The position numbers and the translations under genes were made by a program. Of a stretch of 64,000 nt of DNA, positions 9,259 to 19,109 are shown one piece after another. The stretch is from Bdellovibrionota bacterium. Lineage in GTDB: Bacteria > Bdellovibrionota_C > UBA2361 > SZUA-149 > CAZDWZ01. The notes beneath the pieces are model-generated. The model was not told the origin of the DNA. It did not search any database and saw only the letters and a program-made list of their open reading frames with translations. How positions within the stretch are numbered: the stretch's first letter is position 1; each line of letters begins with the position of its first letter. Location of the stretch: contig JAXLVP010000001.1 in the NCBI GenBank assembly GCA_046328905.1, positions 2,030,731 through 2,094,730 of the forward strand, read 5' to 3'.

Positions 9259-11651
9259 AGCGCTTTTCGGTTCTGCTAGAAAAGTTTCCGGAAAAGCTCA
9301 CTCCAGCGGTCGCCAAGGCCGCTCTCCTTCTGCTGACGGCCATCGCTGTCAGCGTCATGCTCAGCTCCCTTGTTTGGGATTTCGAAAAGCCGGTCACCTA
9401 CTATCGCGGTGACATCGCCCGTCAGACAATTCGCGCACCGCACGATCTCATCGTCGAAGACTCGGCAACCACCGAGCAACGACGGGCGGAAGCGCTCGGA
9501 ACCGTGGCCCAGGTCTTTACTCGACAGGCCGTGGACCCTCTTGAGCGGATCTCTCGCTTGTTTGCCTACCTTGAAGATGTCTCCGGCGAGTCGCTCTCTC
9601 ACGAGGGACGAGTCGTACTGACTCAGGAGCAGCGCTTGGAATACGAGCGCAAGTTCGGCCTCGATCTCGTTGCCGAGGAGTGGCACGTCGTCGAGAACCG
9701 GGCCAACTGGGAGTCACTCCAGTCCTCCGTCGCGACAATCGTCGAACCCATCATAGCGAAGGGCGTGCTCCCTCGAAAGCAAACGCTCCGAGCCGCGCTC
9801 AACTCCGGAAAGGCCGTCCTGAGAAATGCCGCGAACGGAAAAGAGGAAGAGCTCTTCATGGAAGGCGCGCTCTACGACATGCAGGAAGCGCTCGGCCAAA
9901 CAAAGCTCTCCTTCCCAAACACCGGGTTCGGCCGCTCCTCGGCTTTCGATTCCTTGGTGCAAAAGCTTGCGGCTGCAAGCATCCACCCGAACGTATTTTT
10001 CGACAGTGAAGAGACCAGCCATCGCCTCAAGCTTGCTCGCGAGCGCGTCGAAGCGAGCGTCCTCCGGATTCAGCGCGGGCAGGTCATCGTTCGTGCGGGA
10101 GATCTCGTAACGGCTGCTCAACAGAGCATCTTGGAGCAGTTCCAAGAACAGCGGAACATCACGACGCTTTTCCGCGTGGGAATCGGCTACTTTCTGCTCA
10201 CGGTGGCGCTCCTGTTCATTTGCTACCTCTTTGCCGCTACGTATTGGCCGGGCTTTGCCGCTACCACGAAGGACCTCGCCCTGATCTCCGCAACGCTCTG
10301 CGGCACCTTCTTCCTTCTCAAGGTCTTCTCGATCCTCGCAACGTCGCTCAGCTACTCCTTCTCCGATCTCGATGCGAACTCGCTGCTGGCGATGACCCCG
10401 CTCGCTGCCGGCGGTATTCTGCTCCAGTCCACTATCGGCGGCCCAGCCGTGTTTGTGTTCACTTTAACGTCCGCGCTGCTCACGGGGGTATTCTTGGATA
10501 GCTCCTGGTTGCTCCTTCTGTTCATCGTTTGCGGAAACTTTGTCGGAGCTATCAGCGTGCAACGATGCTCTCGGCGCTCCTCGTTCATCTACGCAGGTAC
10601 TCAGATCGCCGCAATCAACGCCTTCGTCGCGGCCGCATATTTGCTCTTTTATCCGCAGATCTCCTCAACTGAAGGGGCCGCGCGACTACTCGTTGCGATC
10701 TTGGGTGGTATCCAATCCGGCCTGCTCGCCGGTGCGCTGACACCGTTTGCTGAATTTTTCGGCGGTTACATTACCGATATCAAATTGCTCGAGCTCGCAT
10801 CGCTCGACCGACCGCTCCTGAGAGAGCTTTCTCTCCAGGCGCCGGGAACCTGGAATCATTCGATGGTCATGGGGCAGATCGCCGAAGCCGCGGCGGAGAG
10901 CATCGGGGCGAACCCGCTGCTGGCTCGCGTCGGCGCGTTTTACCACGACATCGGTAAGACCAAGAAGCCGGCTTACTTCGTTGAGAATCAGCTCGACCGC
11001 AACCGACACGACAAGCTGACTCCTTCGATGTCCGCCCTGATCATTAAGGCTCACGTCAAAGACGGTATCGAAATGGCGCAGGAACATAGGCTGCCGCAGG
11101 CGCTCATCGATTTCATTCCGCAGCATCATGGAAACTCGCTGATCGAATATTTTTACGAAAAGGCTCTGCGAGAAACGGAAGACGGTGAAGTAGACGAGAG
11201 TCACTACCGGTATCCGGGTCCCCGTCCTCAAACCAAGGAAGCGGGAATCTTGATGCTCGCCGATGCCGTCGAGGCGTCTTCCCGCACGCTCTCGGATCCG
11301 GCACCGGCAAAAATTCAGGGACTTGTTCAGAAGATCATCAACAAGGTGTTCGCTTCGGGCGAGCTCAACGAATGTAATCTTACCCTTCAGGATCTGCACC
11401 TGATCGCGAAGAGCTTCACCCGAGTGCTGACCGGCATCTACCACCGAAGAATCGAATACAGCGAGCCGGCCGAGAAGACTCGCGACACCCGCCCGGTACG
11501 CCCTCGCACCGAGGAACCGCTGGAACAGGAGATCGTCGTCGAGCGAGACGGATCTCCGACCACGGAGCGGAGCCAGCTCGGGCACGACACGATCTCGCCC
11601 GGCTCCCCGCTCGAGGTCACAGAACCGCTCAAGCGTCTCGGAATGCACTAA
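9255..11651 (+). CDS. pgpH: 7TM receptor with intracellular HD hydrolase domain (PgpH/YqfF-like, putative cyclic-di-AMP phosphodiesterase)
   Basis: Its start overlaps the alaS stop (ATGA). It has an N-terminal TM segment, an extracytoplasmic domain, a 7TM block and an HD domain (YHDIGKTKKP...QHHGNSLIEYFYEKA). Confidence 0.8.
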   Translation: MKRFSVLLEKFPEKLTPAVAKAALLLLTAIAVSVMLSSLVWDFEKPVTYYRGDIARQTIRAPHDLIVEDSATTEQRRAEALGTVAQVFTRQAVDPLERISRLFAYLEDVSGESLSHEGRVVLTQEQRLEYERKFGLDLVAEEWHVVENRANWESLQSSVATIVEPIIAKGVLPRKQTLRAALNSGKAVLRNAANGKEEELFMEGALYDMQEALGQTKLSFPNTGFGRSSAFDSLVQKLAAASIHPNVFFDSEETSHRLKLARERVEASVLRIQRGQVIVRAGDLVTAAQQSILEQFQEQRNITTLFRVGIGYFLLTVALLFICYLFAATYWPGFAATTKDLALISATLCGTFFLLKVFSILATSLSYSFSDLDANSLLAMTPLAAGGILLQSTIGGPAVFVFTLTSALLTGVFLDSSWLLLLFIVCGNFVGAISVQRCSRRSSFIYAGTQIAAINAFVAAAYLLFYPQISSTEGAARLLVAILGGIQSGLLAGALTPFAEFFGGYITDIKLLELASLDRPLLRELSLQAPGTWNHSMVMGQIAEAAAESIGANPLLARVGAFYHDIGKTKKPAYFVENQLDRNRHDKLTPSMSALIIKAHVKDGIEMAQEHRLPQALIDFIPQHHGNSLIEYFYEKALRETEDGEVDESHYRYPGPRPQTKEAGILMLADAVEASSRTLSDPAPAKIQGLVQKIINKVFASGELNECNLTLQDLHLIAKSFTRVLTGIYHRRIEYSEPAEKTRDTRPVRPRTEEPLEQEIVVERDGSPTTERSQLGHDTISPGSPLEVTEPLKRLGMH

Positions 11652-11666
11652 TTCATTCGCTCTCCT

Positions 11667-12269
11667 GTGGAAGCAAAACCCGGGTCTCCCCAAATTGATC
11701 TTCTGGTCCGCCGCTCCTCTGCGGCGAAGCTGAAGAAGATCGTTTCGCTTCGAGCGCTCACCTCTGACATCGAGCGCATCCTTGCTTTGCTTGGATGCTC
11801 GTCATCTGAGCTGAGCGTGGTGATCACGAGCGATCGAGAGATCCGGAAGTTGAACGCGCAGTATCGAGCGAAAGACAAGGCGACCGACGTCCTCTCGTTC
11901 CCGCTCCAGGAGGGGCCGGAAACTTTCGGTGCGGCGCAGATGCTGGGCGACATCGTCATTTCGGTCGATACGACGTTGCGCCAAGCAAAGGAATACGGTG
12001 TCTCGAATCTCCAGGAGCTGCGACGGCTCATCGTCCACGGCACGCTCCATCTCCTGGGGTACGATCACGAAAAGGTTGCGCCGGCAGCCGCTGCGCGCAT
12101 GCGACGGAAGGAGCAGAGCCTGCTCAAAGCTCTCGCCGGGCCGGAAGCGCCGAAACGACCATCCCGCCCACAATCAACAGCCCGCCGACGGCCGAGTGGA
12201 GCTGGAACGGCTCTCCGCCCCACGTCCAAGCAAAAATCGCGGCGAAAACCGGCTCCAAAGAAAAAATGA
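11667..12269 (+). CDS. ybeY: Endoribonuclease YbeY (rRNA maturation factor) with a ~50 aa basic C-terminal tail
   Basis: The metal-binding motif HGTLHLLGYDH is present. It sits in the conserved pgpH-ybeY position. The ORF does not stop until 12269, which adds a Lys/Arg/Pro-rich tail. Confidence 0.85.
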   Translation: MEAKPGSPQIDLLVRRSSAAKLKKIVSLRALTSDIERILALLGCSSSELSVVITSDREIRKLNAQYRAKDKATDVLSFPLQEGPETFGAAQMLGDIVISVDTTLRQAKEYGVSNLQELRRLIVHGTLHLLGYDHEKVAPAAAARMRRKEQSLLKALAGPEAPKRPSRPQSTARRRPSGAGTALRPTSKQKSRRKPAPKKK

Positions 12270-12984
12270 GCGCAACTTTGATCGCGGTCGTGTACCGCTG
12301 CGCGTACGCCTGAATCAGGAACGCGCTCACCGTGGGAAATACCGCGAGAAAAACGATAGCGCCCAGCGCCTCGTTCGAGCGCACTTCGAGCGGCGCTCCC
12401 AAAACGTAGCCGAGCAGGATGCTGAGGACTGCCGTCACGACGAACTGCTGAATACAGAGCGCGATCGGATCGACTCCGTCCCTCACATAGCGGTCGGTGA
12501 GAAGCACATGGAGCGCGTAGGCCGCTGCCGTGATCAGGGTGAGAAGGTCGCCGGTGTTCATCGCCTGAAGCTTCCCGGTCAGCACGTACAGCCCTGCTAC
12601 TGCAAGCAGCACAGAAAGGAGATCTTTCGGCGTCGGACGCGTATCGAAAAAGATTCTTCCGAACAATGGAACGAACACTACAAAAAGGCCCGTGATGAAA
12701 GCAGAGTTGGCTGCGGTCGTGTAAGCCAAGCCGATTGTCTGTGGGACGTAGACCAACCAGAGCACAAAACCGACTATCGCTCCCGGCACAAGGTCCTTCG
12801 GCCGTCGATTCGAGCGGCGCACCACAATCGATATCAACCAAAGCATTCCTGCAGCGAGGAGGAAGCGGTAGCCGACGAGCAGCAGCGGGTGAACACCCGC
12901 AATCGCCTGCTTCACCATCACGAAGGTCGAGCCCCAAACTAGGGCGGCGTAGATCAGACCGATATCTGAAAGAAGAGCGCCCAT
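12124..12984 (-). CDS. EamA/DMT family transporter (10 TM)
   Basis: Two EamA-like repeats are present, with a fully hydrophobic helix pattern. Confidence 0.85.
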   Translation of the reverse strand: MGALLSDIGLIYAALVWGSTFVMVKQAIAGVHPLLLVGYRFLLAAGMLWLISIVVRRSNRRPKDLVPGAIVGFVLWLVYVPQTIGLAYTTAANSAFITGLFVVFVPLFGRIFFDTRPTPKDLLSVLLAVAGLYVLTGKLQAMNTGDLLTLITAAAYALHVLLTDRYVRDGVDPIALCIQQFVVTAVLSILLGYVLGAPLEVRSNEALGAIVFLAVFPTVSAFLIQAYAQRYTTAIKVALIFSLEPVFAAIFAWTWGGEPFQLHSAVGGLLIVGGMVVSALPARREL

Positions 12985-13065
12985 TCTGCTGCTCGGGAAA
13001 AATCTATTGTTGAAGCTCGAACAGGATAGCCGAGGGGCTCGGCTGCTGAGGATGAAGAGCTCGGG

Positions 13066-13863
13066 TCAGCGGAAAGCAGATTGGATCCACACGTGAAAGT
13101 CCGGCTCCGCGAGCTCTCCTGCTTTGGACACTATGGTTTTCACGTGGTCCGGAAAGTCTCGTCCCAGCACCCAGCTCGAATAGCTCCGGTCCTCTTGAAT
13201 CACCTCGAAAACGGAGCGCCCCTTGTGTTTACCGAAGCCGAAGATCACCACACCTTCCCTCCAGGAGATGTGATTCGTGTCGCCGATACGCTCCTTCCGC
13301 CCCGGATCGATGAAATCGGCCAGGCCCTCCCAGCTTGCGTCGTGCATCGAAAATGCCTTGAGCATGCCGACGAGGGCTTCACCTGTCGCCTGGACGTCCG
13401 CAAGCGCTGAGTGGGCGTTCGTATGCTCGCGTCCCGCGAACCGTCGCACTGCATCCTCGAGCCTTCTCGGCTCGCATTTCGACCACAGGCGGTGGGGATC
13501 GATGATCTGCTTGCCACGGAGATCCGGCCCCTCGACACCTGCCCTCCGGAATTCGTTCTGTACCATCTCGATGTCGAAGCTGACGTTGTAGCCCACGATG
13601 ACATCCGAGCCGGCAAAGATCTTCTGGATGGTTTCTATGGCAGAAGCAAACGGTGGGCAGCCCGCGACATCTTCATTGGTGATGCCGTGGACCATCGTCG
13701 CAAACGATGAAATCGGGACTGTCGGCTTGAACCGCCAACTCTTGCGGAAAGCGTCATCGCCAAGCCCTTTCTGAAAGGCGAACTCAATCACCTGATCACG
13801 GCTCGGATTCAGGCCGGTCGTCTCGACATCAAAAATCAAAACAATCTGTTCGCGGTCGGTCAT
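13066..13863 (-). CDS. DEDDh 3'-5' exonuclease (DnaQ/ExoX-like) with a C-terminal FGKHKG domain
   Basis: Exo I-III motifs are present (FDVETTGL, VGYNVSFD, HSALADV). The C-terminal ~95 aa resembles the ExoX-like C-terminal domain. Confidence 0.75.
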   Translation of the reverse strand: MTDREQIVLIFDVETTGLNPSRDQVIEFAFQKGLGDDAFRKSWRFKPTVPISSFATMVHGITNEDVAGCPPFASAIETIQKIFAGSDVIVGYNVSFDIEMVQNEFRRAGVEGPDLRGKQIIDPHRLWSKCEPRRLEDAVRRFAGREHTNAHSALADVQATGEALVGMLKAFSMHDASWEGLADFIDPGRKERIGDTNHISWREGVVIFGFGKHKGRSVFEVIQEDRSYSSWVLGRDFPDHVKTIVSKAGELAEPDFHVWIQSAFR

Positions 13864-13918
13864 GCTGCCTCATTTCGTTCAGCCGAAACCCAATTTACAC
13901 CATACCATCCCCCTGTCA

Positions 13919-13945
13919 CCCGCAACGAAACAGTTTCCGTTGCGG
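13919..13945. promoter_or_regulatory. Near-perfect palindrome in the divergent promoter region between the exonuclease and the PrsW-like gene
   Basis: The sequence is CCGCAACGAAAC-a-GTTTC(C)GTTGCGG, a 12-bp-arm inverted repeat with one bulge. Confidence 0.3.
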
Positions 13946-14010
13946 CTCAGATAAAGTGCGTTTATGCTCGATTCCACTATTGAATTTCACTCTCTGCGAG
14001 CGAGAAGCGC

Positions 14011-15342
14011 TTGTCGATTACCATCACCTGCAGCTGTGGCAAGGAGCTCTTCGCCGACACGTCCATGAGCGGCAGCGCATGCAAATGCCCGGCATGCGGC
14101 GCTCCGATAGAGATTCCGTTTGTCGAGCCGGAGCCGCCGCCTCCCCCACCGGAACCCGAGCTTCCGCTACTCGAGGAAGTGGACACCGCGCCACCAGCGC
14201 CTTCCGAAGAGAACATCCCGGCTCCGCCGGTGGTGCCGACTCAAATTCACGCTCCTCCGCCCCTCGGGCGCTTTGAAAACATACAAGAGCTGCTGAGAAC
14301 CACCAAAATCTTCTATGCCATCTGTCTGGTAGTGTTCCTTCCGCTCGCATGGCATGTGCTCGTGGCGCCGAAGGGCGACTCCATCGAGAAGCGTCTCGGA
14401 CGAACCGTTGAACAGCTTCGCCCCCAGGACCGCGGACAATACGCTTCTTCGGGACAATCGGTGTTCGCGAACCTCGACACGATAATCAATTCTCTTCCCA
14501 ACCACCGCCTTACGGGAGCGTTCCTACCGCGAGATACCAAGGTCCACTACGTCTTCGGTATCAGTGCCGGACTACTTTTTTTCGGTTTCCTCATCTTCCT
14601 TTCGTTCGAAGAGGAGGTATCGCCGCTTCACCTGCTTGGCGCAGGATTTCTGACGGGCACTCTCGGTGTGATCTATTTGATGGTTGTGCAAGCGGTGGCA
14701 ATCGGTTCTCTCGCCGTCGGAATCAGCACCAGCATCGTCGGCATCGTGGCGAAGATCATCGGATTCTCCTATATGGCCGCATTCGACCCGCGAAACGGCT
14801 TTCTGCTCAGCCTCTTCGGGTTCACCTTCGGCGTCGGCTTCTGCGAGGAGGTGTGTAAGGTCGTTCCCCTGCTGATCTGCTTCTATGACAGCCCGAAGTG
14901 GAAGCTCGGCTGGCGGACGGCAATGGTTTGGGGAATGGCATCGGGCGTCGGGTTTGGTGTCGCAGAAGGGTTGATTTATGCGGGGCAATACTACAACGGA
15001 ATCATGCCTGGCGAAGTCTACTTCGTCCGTTTTCTCACCTGCGTTGGATTGCACTCGGTCTGGGCAGGCTCTTCCGGCATAGCGATCTTTCGCAATCGGA
15101 AGCCGCTCTTCATCGATCATCACGAGCCGCTCCGAATTGCTTCAACCCTCGTCCCGCTTCTCGCCGTACCCACTTTTCTACACGGACTTTACGATACGGT
15201 GCTCAAAAAAGAGTTCGATTTCGCGACGCTTCCGGTCGCGCTCGCGGCCCTTGCGTGGCTTGTCTACCAGATGTCTCTCGCGGAAAAATTGGAGCGCGGT
15301 CCGATCGCTGAAGACGAAGAGAAACAGGTCGGTTGGTCGTAA
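14011..15342 (+). CDS. PrsW-family intramembrane metalloprotease with an N-terminal Cys4 zinc ribbon and a poly-Pro linker
   Basis: The N-terminus shows CSCG...CKCPACG followed by PEPEPPPPPPEPELP. A multi-TM core follows with the PrsW EExxK motif (GFCEEVCKV) and a downstream HGLYD. Confidence 0.6.
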   Translation: MSITITCSCGKELFADTSMSGSACKCPACGAPIEIPFVEPEPPPPPPEPELPLLEEVDTAPPAPSEENIPAPPVVPTQIHAPPPLGRFENIQELLRTTKIFYAICLVVFLPLAWHVLVAPKGDSIEKRLGRTVEQLRPQDRGQYASSGQSVFANLDTIINSLPNHRLTGAFLPRDTKVHYVFGISAGLLFFGFLIFLSFEEEVSPLHLLGAGFLTGTLGVIYLMVVQAVAIGSLAVGISTSIVGIVAKIIGFSYMAAFDPRNGFLLSLFGFTFGVGFCEEVCKVVPLLICFYDSPKWKLGWRTAMVWGMASGVGFGVAEGLIYAGQYYNGIMPGEVYFVRFLTCVGLHSVWAGSSGIAIFRNRKPLFIDHHEPLRIASTLVPLLAVPTFLHGLYDTVLKKEFDFATLPVALAALAWLVYQMSLAEKLERGPIAEDEEKQVGWS

Positions 15343-15351
15343 CGCTCCGCG

Positions 15352-17838
15352 TCACTCCGAGTTGAGCGGATCCTCCGGCCATTTGTGCTTCGGGTAACGT
15401 CCGCGGAACTCCTTTCGCACGTCAGGATACGTATTTTTCCAGAAGCTCGCGAGGTCTCGCGTAACCTGAAGCGGTCGACGGGCCGGAGAGAGGATGTGGA
15501 GCAGCAAGGGAACAGCACCATCCGCGAGCTTTGGACTCTCCCTCCAGCCGAATAACTCTTGAACTGTCGCCTGAAAAAGCGGCCCCTCCGAATAGGTATA
15601 ATCGACTCTGCGCATTCGACCTCCAGGGAGCTTGAGCGACTCCGGTACGAGCTCGTTCAGCTTTCGCATACCATCCCACCCGATCTCCGCTTCGAGAAGC
15701 TGCACAACGGGAATCTGGCGCACATGCGCGAGCTTCGTCATTCCGAAGAGCCTCCCCGCAAGGAGAAGCTCGAGACGCTCGGTAAGCGCACCGTCGGTGC
15801 AATCGGGGAGGGTATTCGCGCCGGTAGATTTTCTGACTGCTTCGATTCTCGCCTGAAGCTGCCGAGCATCATCGTCCCAACCGAGAGCAGCGGCGCCAAG
15901 GTTCTTCAATCCGGTCAAAAGAAGCTGTTCGACGGTATCGGTATCGCCAGTGTCAGAGGGTTTTCGGCGTAACACGATCGAACCAAGGCGTTCAATCGTC
16001 TCAGCGACGACCCCTTGCGCGGCTTCATCCCACTCGAGAACTGTTTCCGTCGTCACGGTCTCCGCGAAGTGCTGGCGAAGCGCTCTCTCTTCGAGAGGTG
16101 CGGCAAGAAACACCTTTCCGTCTCCCCGGCCGACCTGCATATGCGCGATAACCAGAAATTCGTGCTTTCGCATCGGATCGTGCTCAGAAAGACGAGCGCC
16201 CCACCCTCCGGCGGTAAGATATCTCAGCTCACCTGTATCGTTCGTTCTTCGTTTCGCGATCCGCTCTGGGTATGCAAATGCCAGCAGCAATCCGGCGTGC
16301 CCGTCCTCGGCGTCGTTTGCCGGAGCTTGAACACGCACCCGCCGAGCCCATTCCTCAGCCCTCCGCTCCACATGGGAGAATCGCGCTCCACCCTTCTTTC
16401 GTCTCCCTTGGCGCAATGCGTCGACCCGAAGGGAGAGATCTGCACCGCGCGAATCGTCTCGTGCAAAAATGTCGCGCTCGTCCAGCAGAGCCGCGAGATC
16501 GCATGCAAGCGGAAGCAAGCTCAAGCGCTCCGCTGCTAAAAACATATGTGCTACACGAGGGTGAGCCGGATAAGCGCAGATCCGTTTCCCTTCCGCTGTG
16601 ATTCGGCCATTCTCGTCCAGAGCTCCCAGAGCGCGAAGCAAAGCTCTTGCCTGATCGAGTGCTGTCTCCGGCGGGTAATCGAGAAAACGAAGCTGCCGCG
16701 GCGATTCTGCGCCCCACACCGCAAGCTCGAGCACAAACGAGGCCAGGTCGCTCTCGAGAATCTCCGGTGAACGGCTCTTCCGCAGCGTTCGGTTCGTATG
16801 CTCTGACCAAAGGCGCTGACAGATCCCGGGACCCAAGCGCCCTGCTCTCCCCGCTCTCTGTTCCGCGGAGTCAGAGCTGATTCGCTCAGTGACGATACGG
16901 TTCGACCCGGTATTGAGCTCGAAGCGTGAGAGCTTGGCGAGACCGGAGTCGACCACAATACGCACCCCCTCAATCGTAAGGCTGGTCTCCGCGATCGGCG
17001 TGGCCAGAATAATGCGCCGACGTCCCGTGATCGGCTCGAGAGCCTGTCGTTGCTTATCAAACGGCAGATCTCCATAAAGCTCCACGATCGCTACAGGCTC
17101 ACCCTGCAGGTCGTTCTGTAGCATTTCAGCGACTCTTTTGATTTCTCCGACACCGGGAAGGAAAACCAGCATATCCCCTTCGTGCTGCCGATACATTCGT
17201 GCGGCAGTTCGTGCAGCGGTGGACAAAAGTTCTCGTTGGTCCGGATCCTCACTGAGATAGCTCACCTGAACTGGAAACGGCACGCCCCGCCCGATGACTA
17301 TCGGCGCGTTGTCAAGAAGTGCGGCCGCTCCCTCAGTGTTCAGTGTCGCGGACATAATCAGCACTCGGAGGTCCGGCTGAAACGCACTTCGGCTGTCCAA
17401 GGTCAACGCGAGGGCAAGGTCCGCGTGAATACTGCGCTCGTGGAACTCATCAAAGATGATCAGGCCGACACCTTCCAGGCTGGGGTCCTCCTGAATCTTT
17501 CTGGTGAGAATACCTTCAGTGACGACTTCGATCCGGGTCTCTGCGCTCACCTGTCCTTCGAAGCGAACGCGGTAACCGACCGTCTGTCCAAGCTTCTCTC
17601 CGATGAGGTCGGACATCCGAGCGGCAATCGCCCTCGCCGCGACCCTCCTCGGCTGCAACATCAGGATCTTCTTTCGCTGAAGCCACGGTTCGTCGAGGAG
17701 CTCGATGGGGACAATCGTGGATTTCCCTGAGCCCGGCGGCGCCTGAAGGACGAGCGAGCAGCTTTGAGCGAGCGCCTCGCGAATCGCCGGGATCGAGTCT
17801 GCTATGGGAAGCGGAGGGAGCTGAATAGGGGTCGCCAT
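15352..17838 (-). CDS. hrpB: ATP-dependent RNA helicase HrpB (DEAH-box)
   Basis: It carries APPGSGKST, DEFHERS and a C-terminal HrpB domain. Length is 828 aa. Confidence 0.9.
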   Translation of the reverse strand: MATPIQLPPLPIADSIPAIREALAQSCSLVLQAPPGSGKSTIVPIELLDEPWLQRKKILMLQPRRVAARAIAARMSDLIGEKLGQTVGYRVRFEGQVSAETRIEVVTEGILTRKIQEDPSLEGVGLIIFDEFHERSIHADLALALTLDSRSAFQPDLRVLIMSATLNTEGAAALLDNAPIVIGRGVPFPVQVSYLSEDPDQRELLSTAARTAARMYRQHEGDMLVFLPGVGEIKRVAEMLQNDLQGEPVAIVELYGDLPFDKQRQALEPITGRRRIILATPIAETSLTIEGVRIVVDSGLAKLSRFELNTGSNRIVTERISSDSAEQRAGRAGRLGPGICQRLWSEHTNRTLRKSRSPEILESDLASFVLELAVWGAESPRQLRFLDYPPETALDQARALLRALGALDENGRITAEGKRICAYPAHPRVAHMFLAAERLSLLPLACDLAALLDERDIFARDDSRGADLSLRVDALRQGRRKKGGARFSHVERRAEEWARRVRVQAPANDAEDGHAGLLLAFAYPERIAKRRTNDTGELRYLTAGGWGARLSEHDPMRKHEFLVIAHMQVGRGDGKVFLAAPLEERALRQHFAETVTTETVLEWDEAAQGVVAETIERLGSIVLRRKPSDTGDTDTVEQLLLTGLKNLGAAALGWDDDARQLQARIEAVRKSTGANTLPDCTDGALTERLELLLAGRLFGMTKLAHVRQIPVVQLLEAEIGWDGMRKLNELVPESLKLPGGRMRRVDYTYSEGPLFQATVQELFGWRESPKLADGAVPLLLHILSPARRPLQVTRDLASFWKNTYPDVRKEFRGRYPKHKWPEDPLNSE

Positions 17839-17970
17839 GTCACGTCATCATGCCGCGTCTTTCGGTGCGCCTCACTCGAAGGAAGAGCGTTCCGGTCGCC
17901 TCGGGAACTTAGCACAGAACAGCCCGGAAAATGGACAAAAACGCGTGGTTATGGCAGAGTCCGCGACCAT

Positions 17971-19099
17971 ATGGCAAACGATCTCGTAAACATCCAAGAG
18001 CTTCAGCAGCGCATCTCTCAGGCCCAGACTCGGCTTGACGCGTTGGGGAGCTATCTTTGACCTCCCTAAAAAGCTTTCCCGACTTCAAGAGCTGCAAGTA
18101 GAGACATCGCGTCCGGAATTCTGGAACGATGCCGACCGCGCTCAAGCCCTCTCCAAAGAGCAATCGGAGCTGACCGCGCAGATCGACAAGCTCCAGTCCC
18201 TCATGCGCTCGATCGACGACGCAGAGGTCCTCCTCCAGCTCGCAAGCGACAGCCAGGATAAGGATCTCATCGACGAGTTTTACCGCGAAATTGCTCGCAT
18301 CGAGAGCGAAGTTTCAAACTTCGAGCTGACGCGAATGCTCTCCGGTCCGCACGATTCGCAGAGCGCCATCCTCGAAATCAATTCGGGCGCCGGCGGAACA
18401 GAAGCGCAGGACTGGGGTGAGATCCTACTCCGCATGTATATGCGCTGGGCTGAGCAGCACAAATACGGCGTGCAGCTCCTCTCGGTCCATGCCGGAGACG
18501 GAGCAGGAATCAAGAGCGCGACTCTCTATATCGAAGGAACGAACGCTTACGGCTTTTTGCGCTCGGAGCGCGGTGTTCACCGCCTAGTGAGGATCTCGCC
18601 GTTCGACGCCAACGCCCGGCGCCATACCTCCTTCGCTTCCGTGTCGGTCATGCCGGACATCGACCAGGAGATTAACGTGGAAGTGCGCGACGAAGATCTT
18701 CGTGTCGACACCTACCGCTCCAGCGGCGCAGGTGGTCAGCACGTCAACAAAACGGACTCCGCAGTCCGCCTCACACACATTCCGACGGGAATCGTGGTCG
18801 CCTGCCAAAACGAACGGTCGCAGCATAAGAACAAGGCCACTGCAATGAAGCTTCTCAAGGCGAAGCTGTATGAGCTCGAAGTGGAAAAGAACCAGAAAGA
18901 GCTCGAACAGATCGCCGGAGAGCGCAGAAAGATCGATTTCGGCAGCCAAATCCGCAACTACGTGCTTCAACCGTATCAGCTCGTAAAAGATGTCCGCACC
19001 GGCTACCAAAGCAGCGCGGTCGACGCGATCCTCGACGGCGACATCGACGGCTTCATCCAAAGCTATCTGATGTCCGAGGAACACAACATTACGTCGTAA
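17971..19099 (+). CDS. prfB: Peptide chain release factor 2, with programmed +1 ribosomal frameshift at CTT TGA C (18055-18061)
   Basis: Frame 1 ORF (MANDLVNIQELQQRISQAQTRLDALGSYL) ends at an in-frame TGA within CTTTGAC. This is preceded by an internal SD-like GGGGAG. Frame 2 continues DLPKKLSRLQEL... through the SPF and GGQ motifs (SGAGGQHVNKTDSAVR). Confidence 0.9.
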
Positions 19100-19109
19100 G
19101 GGAATCGTC

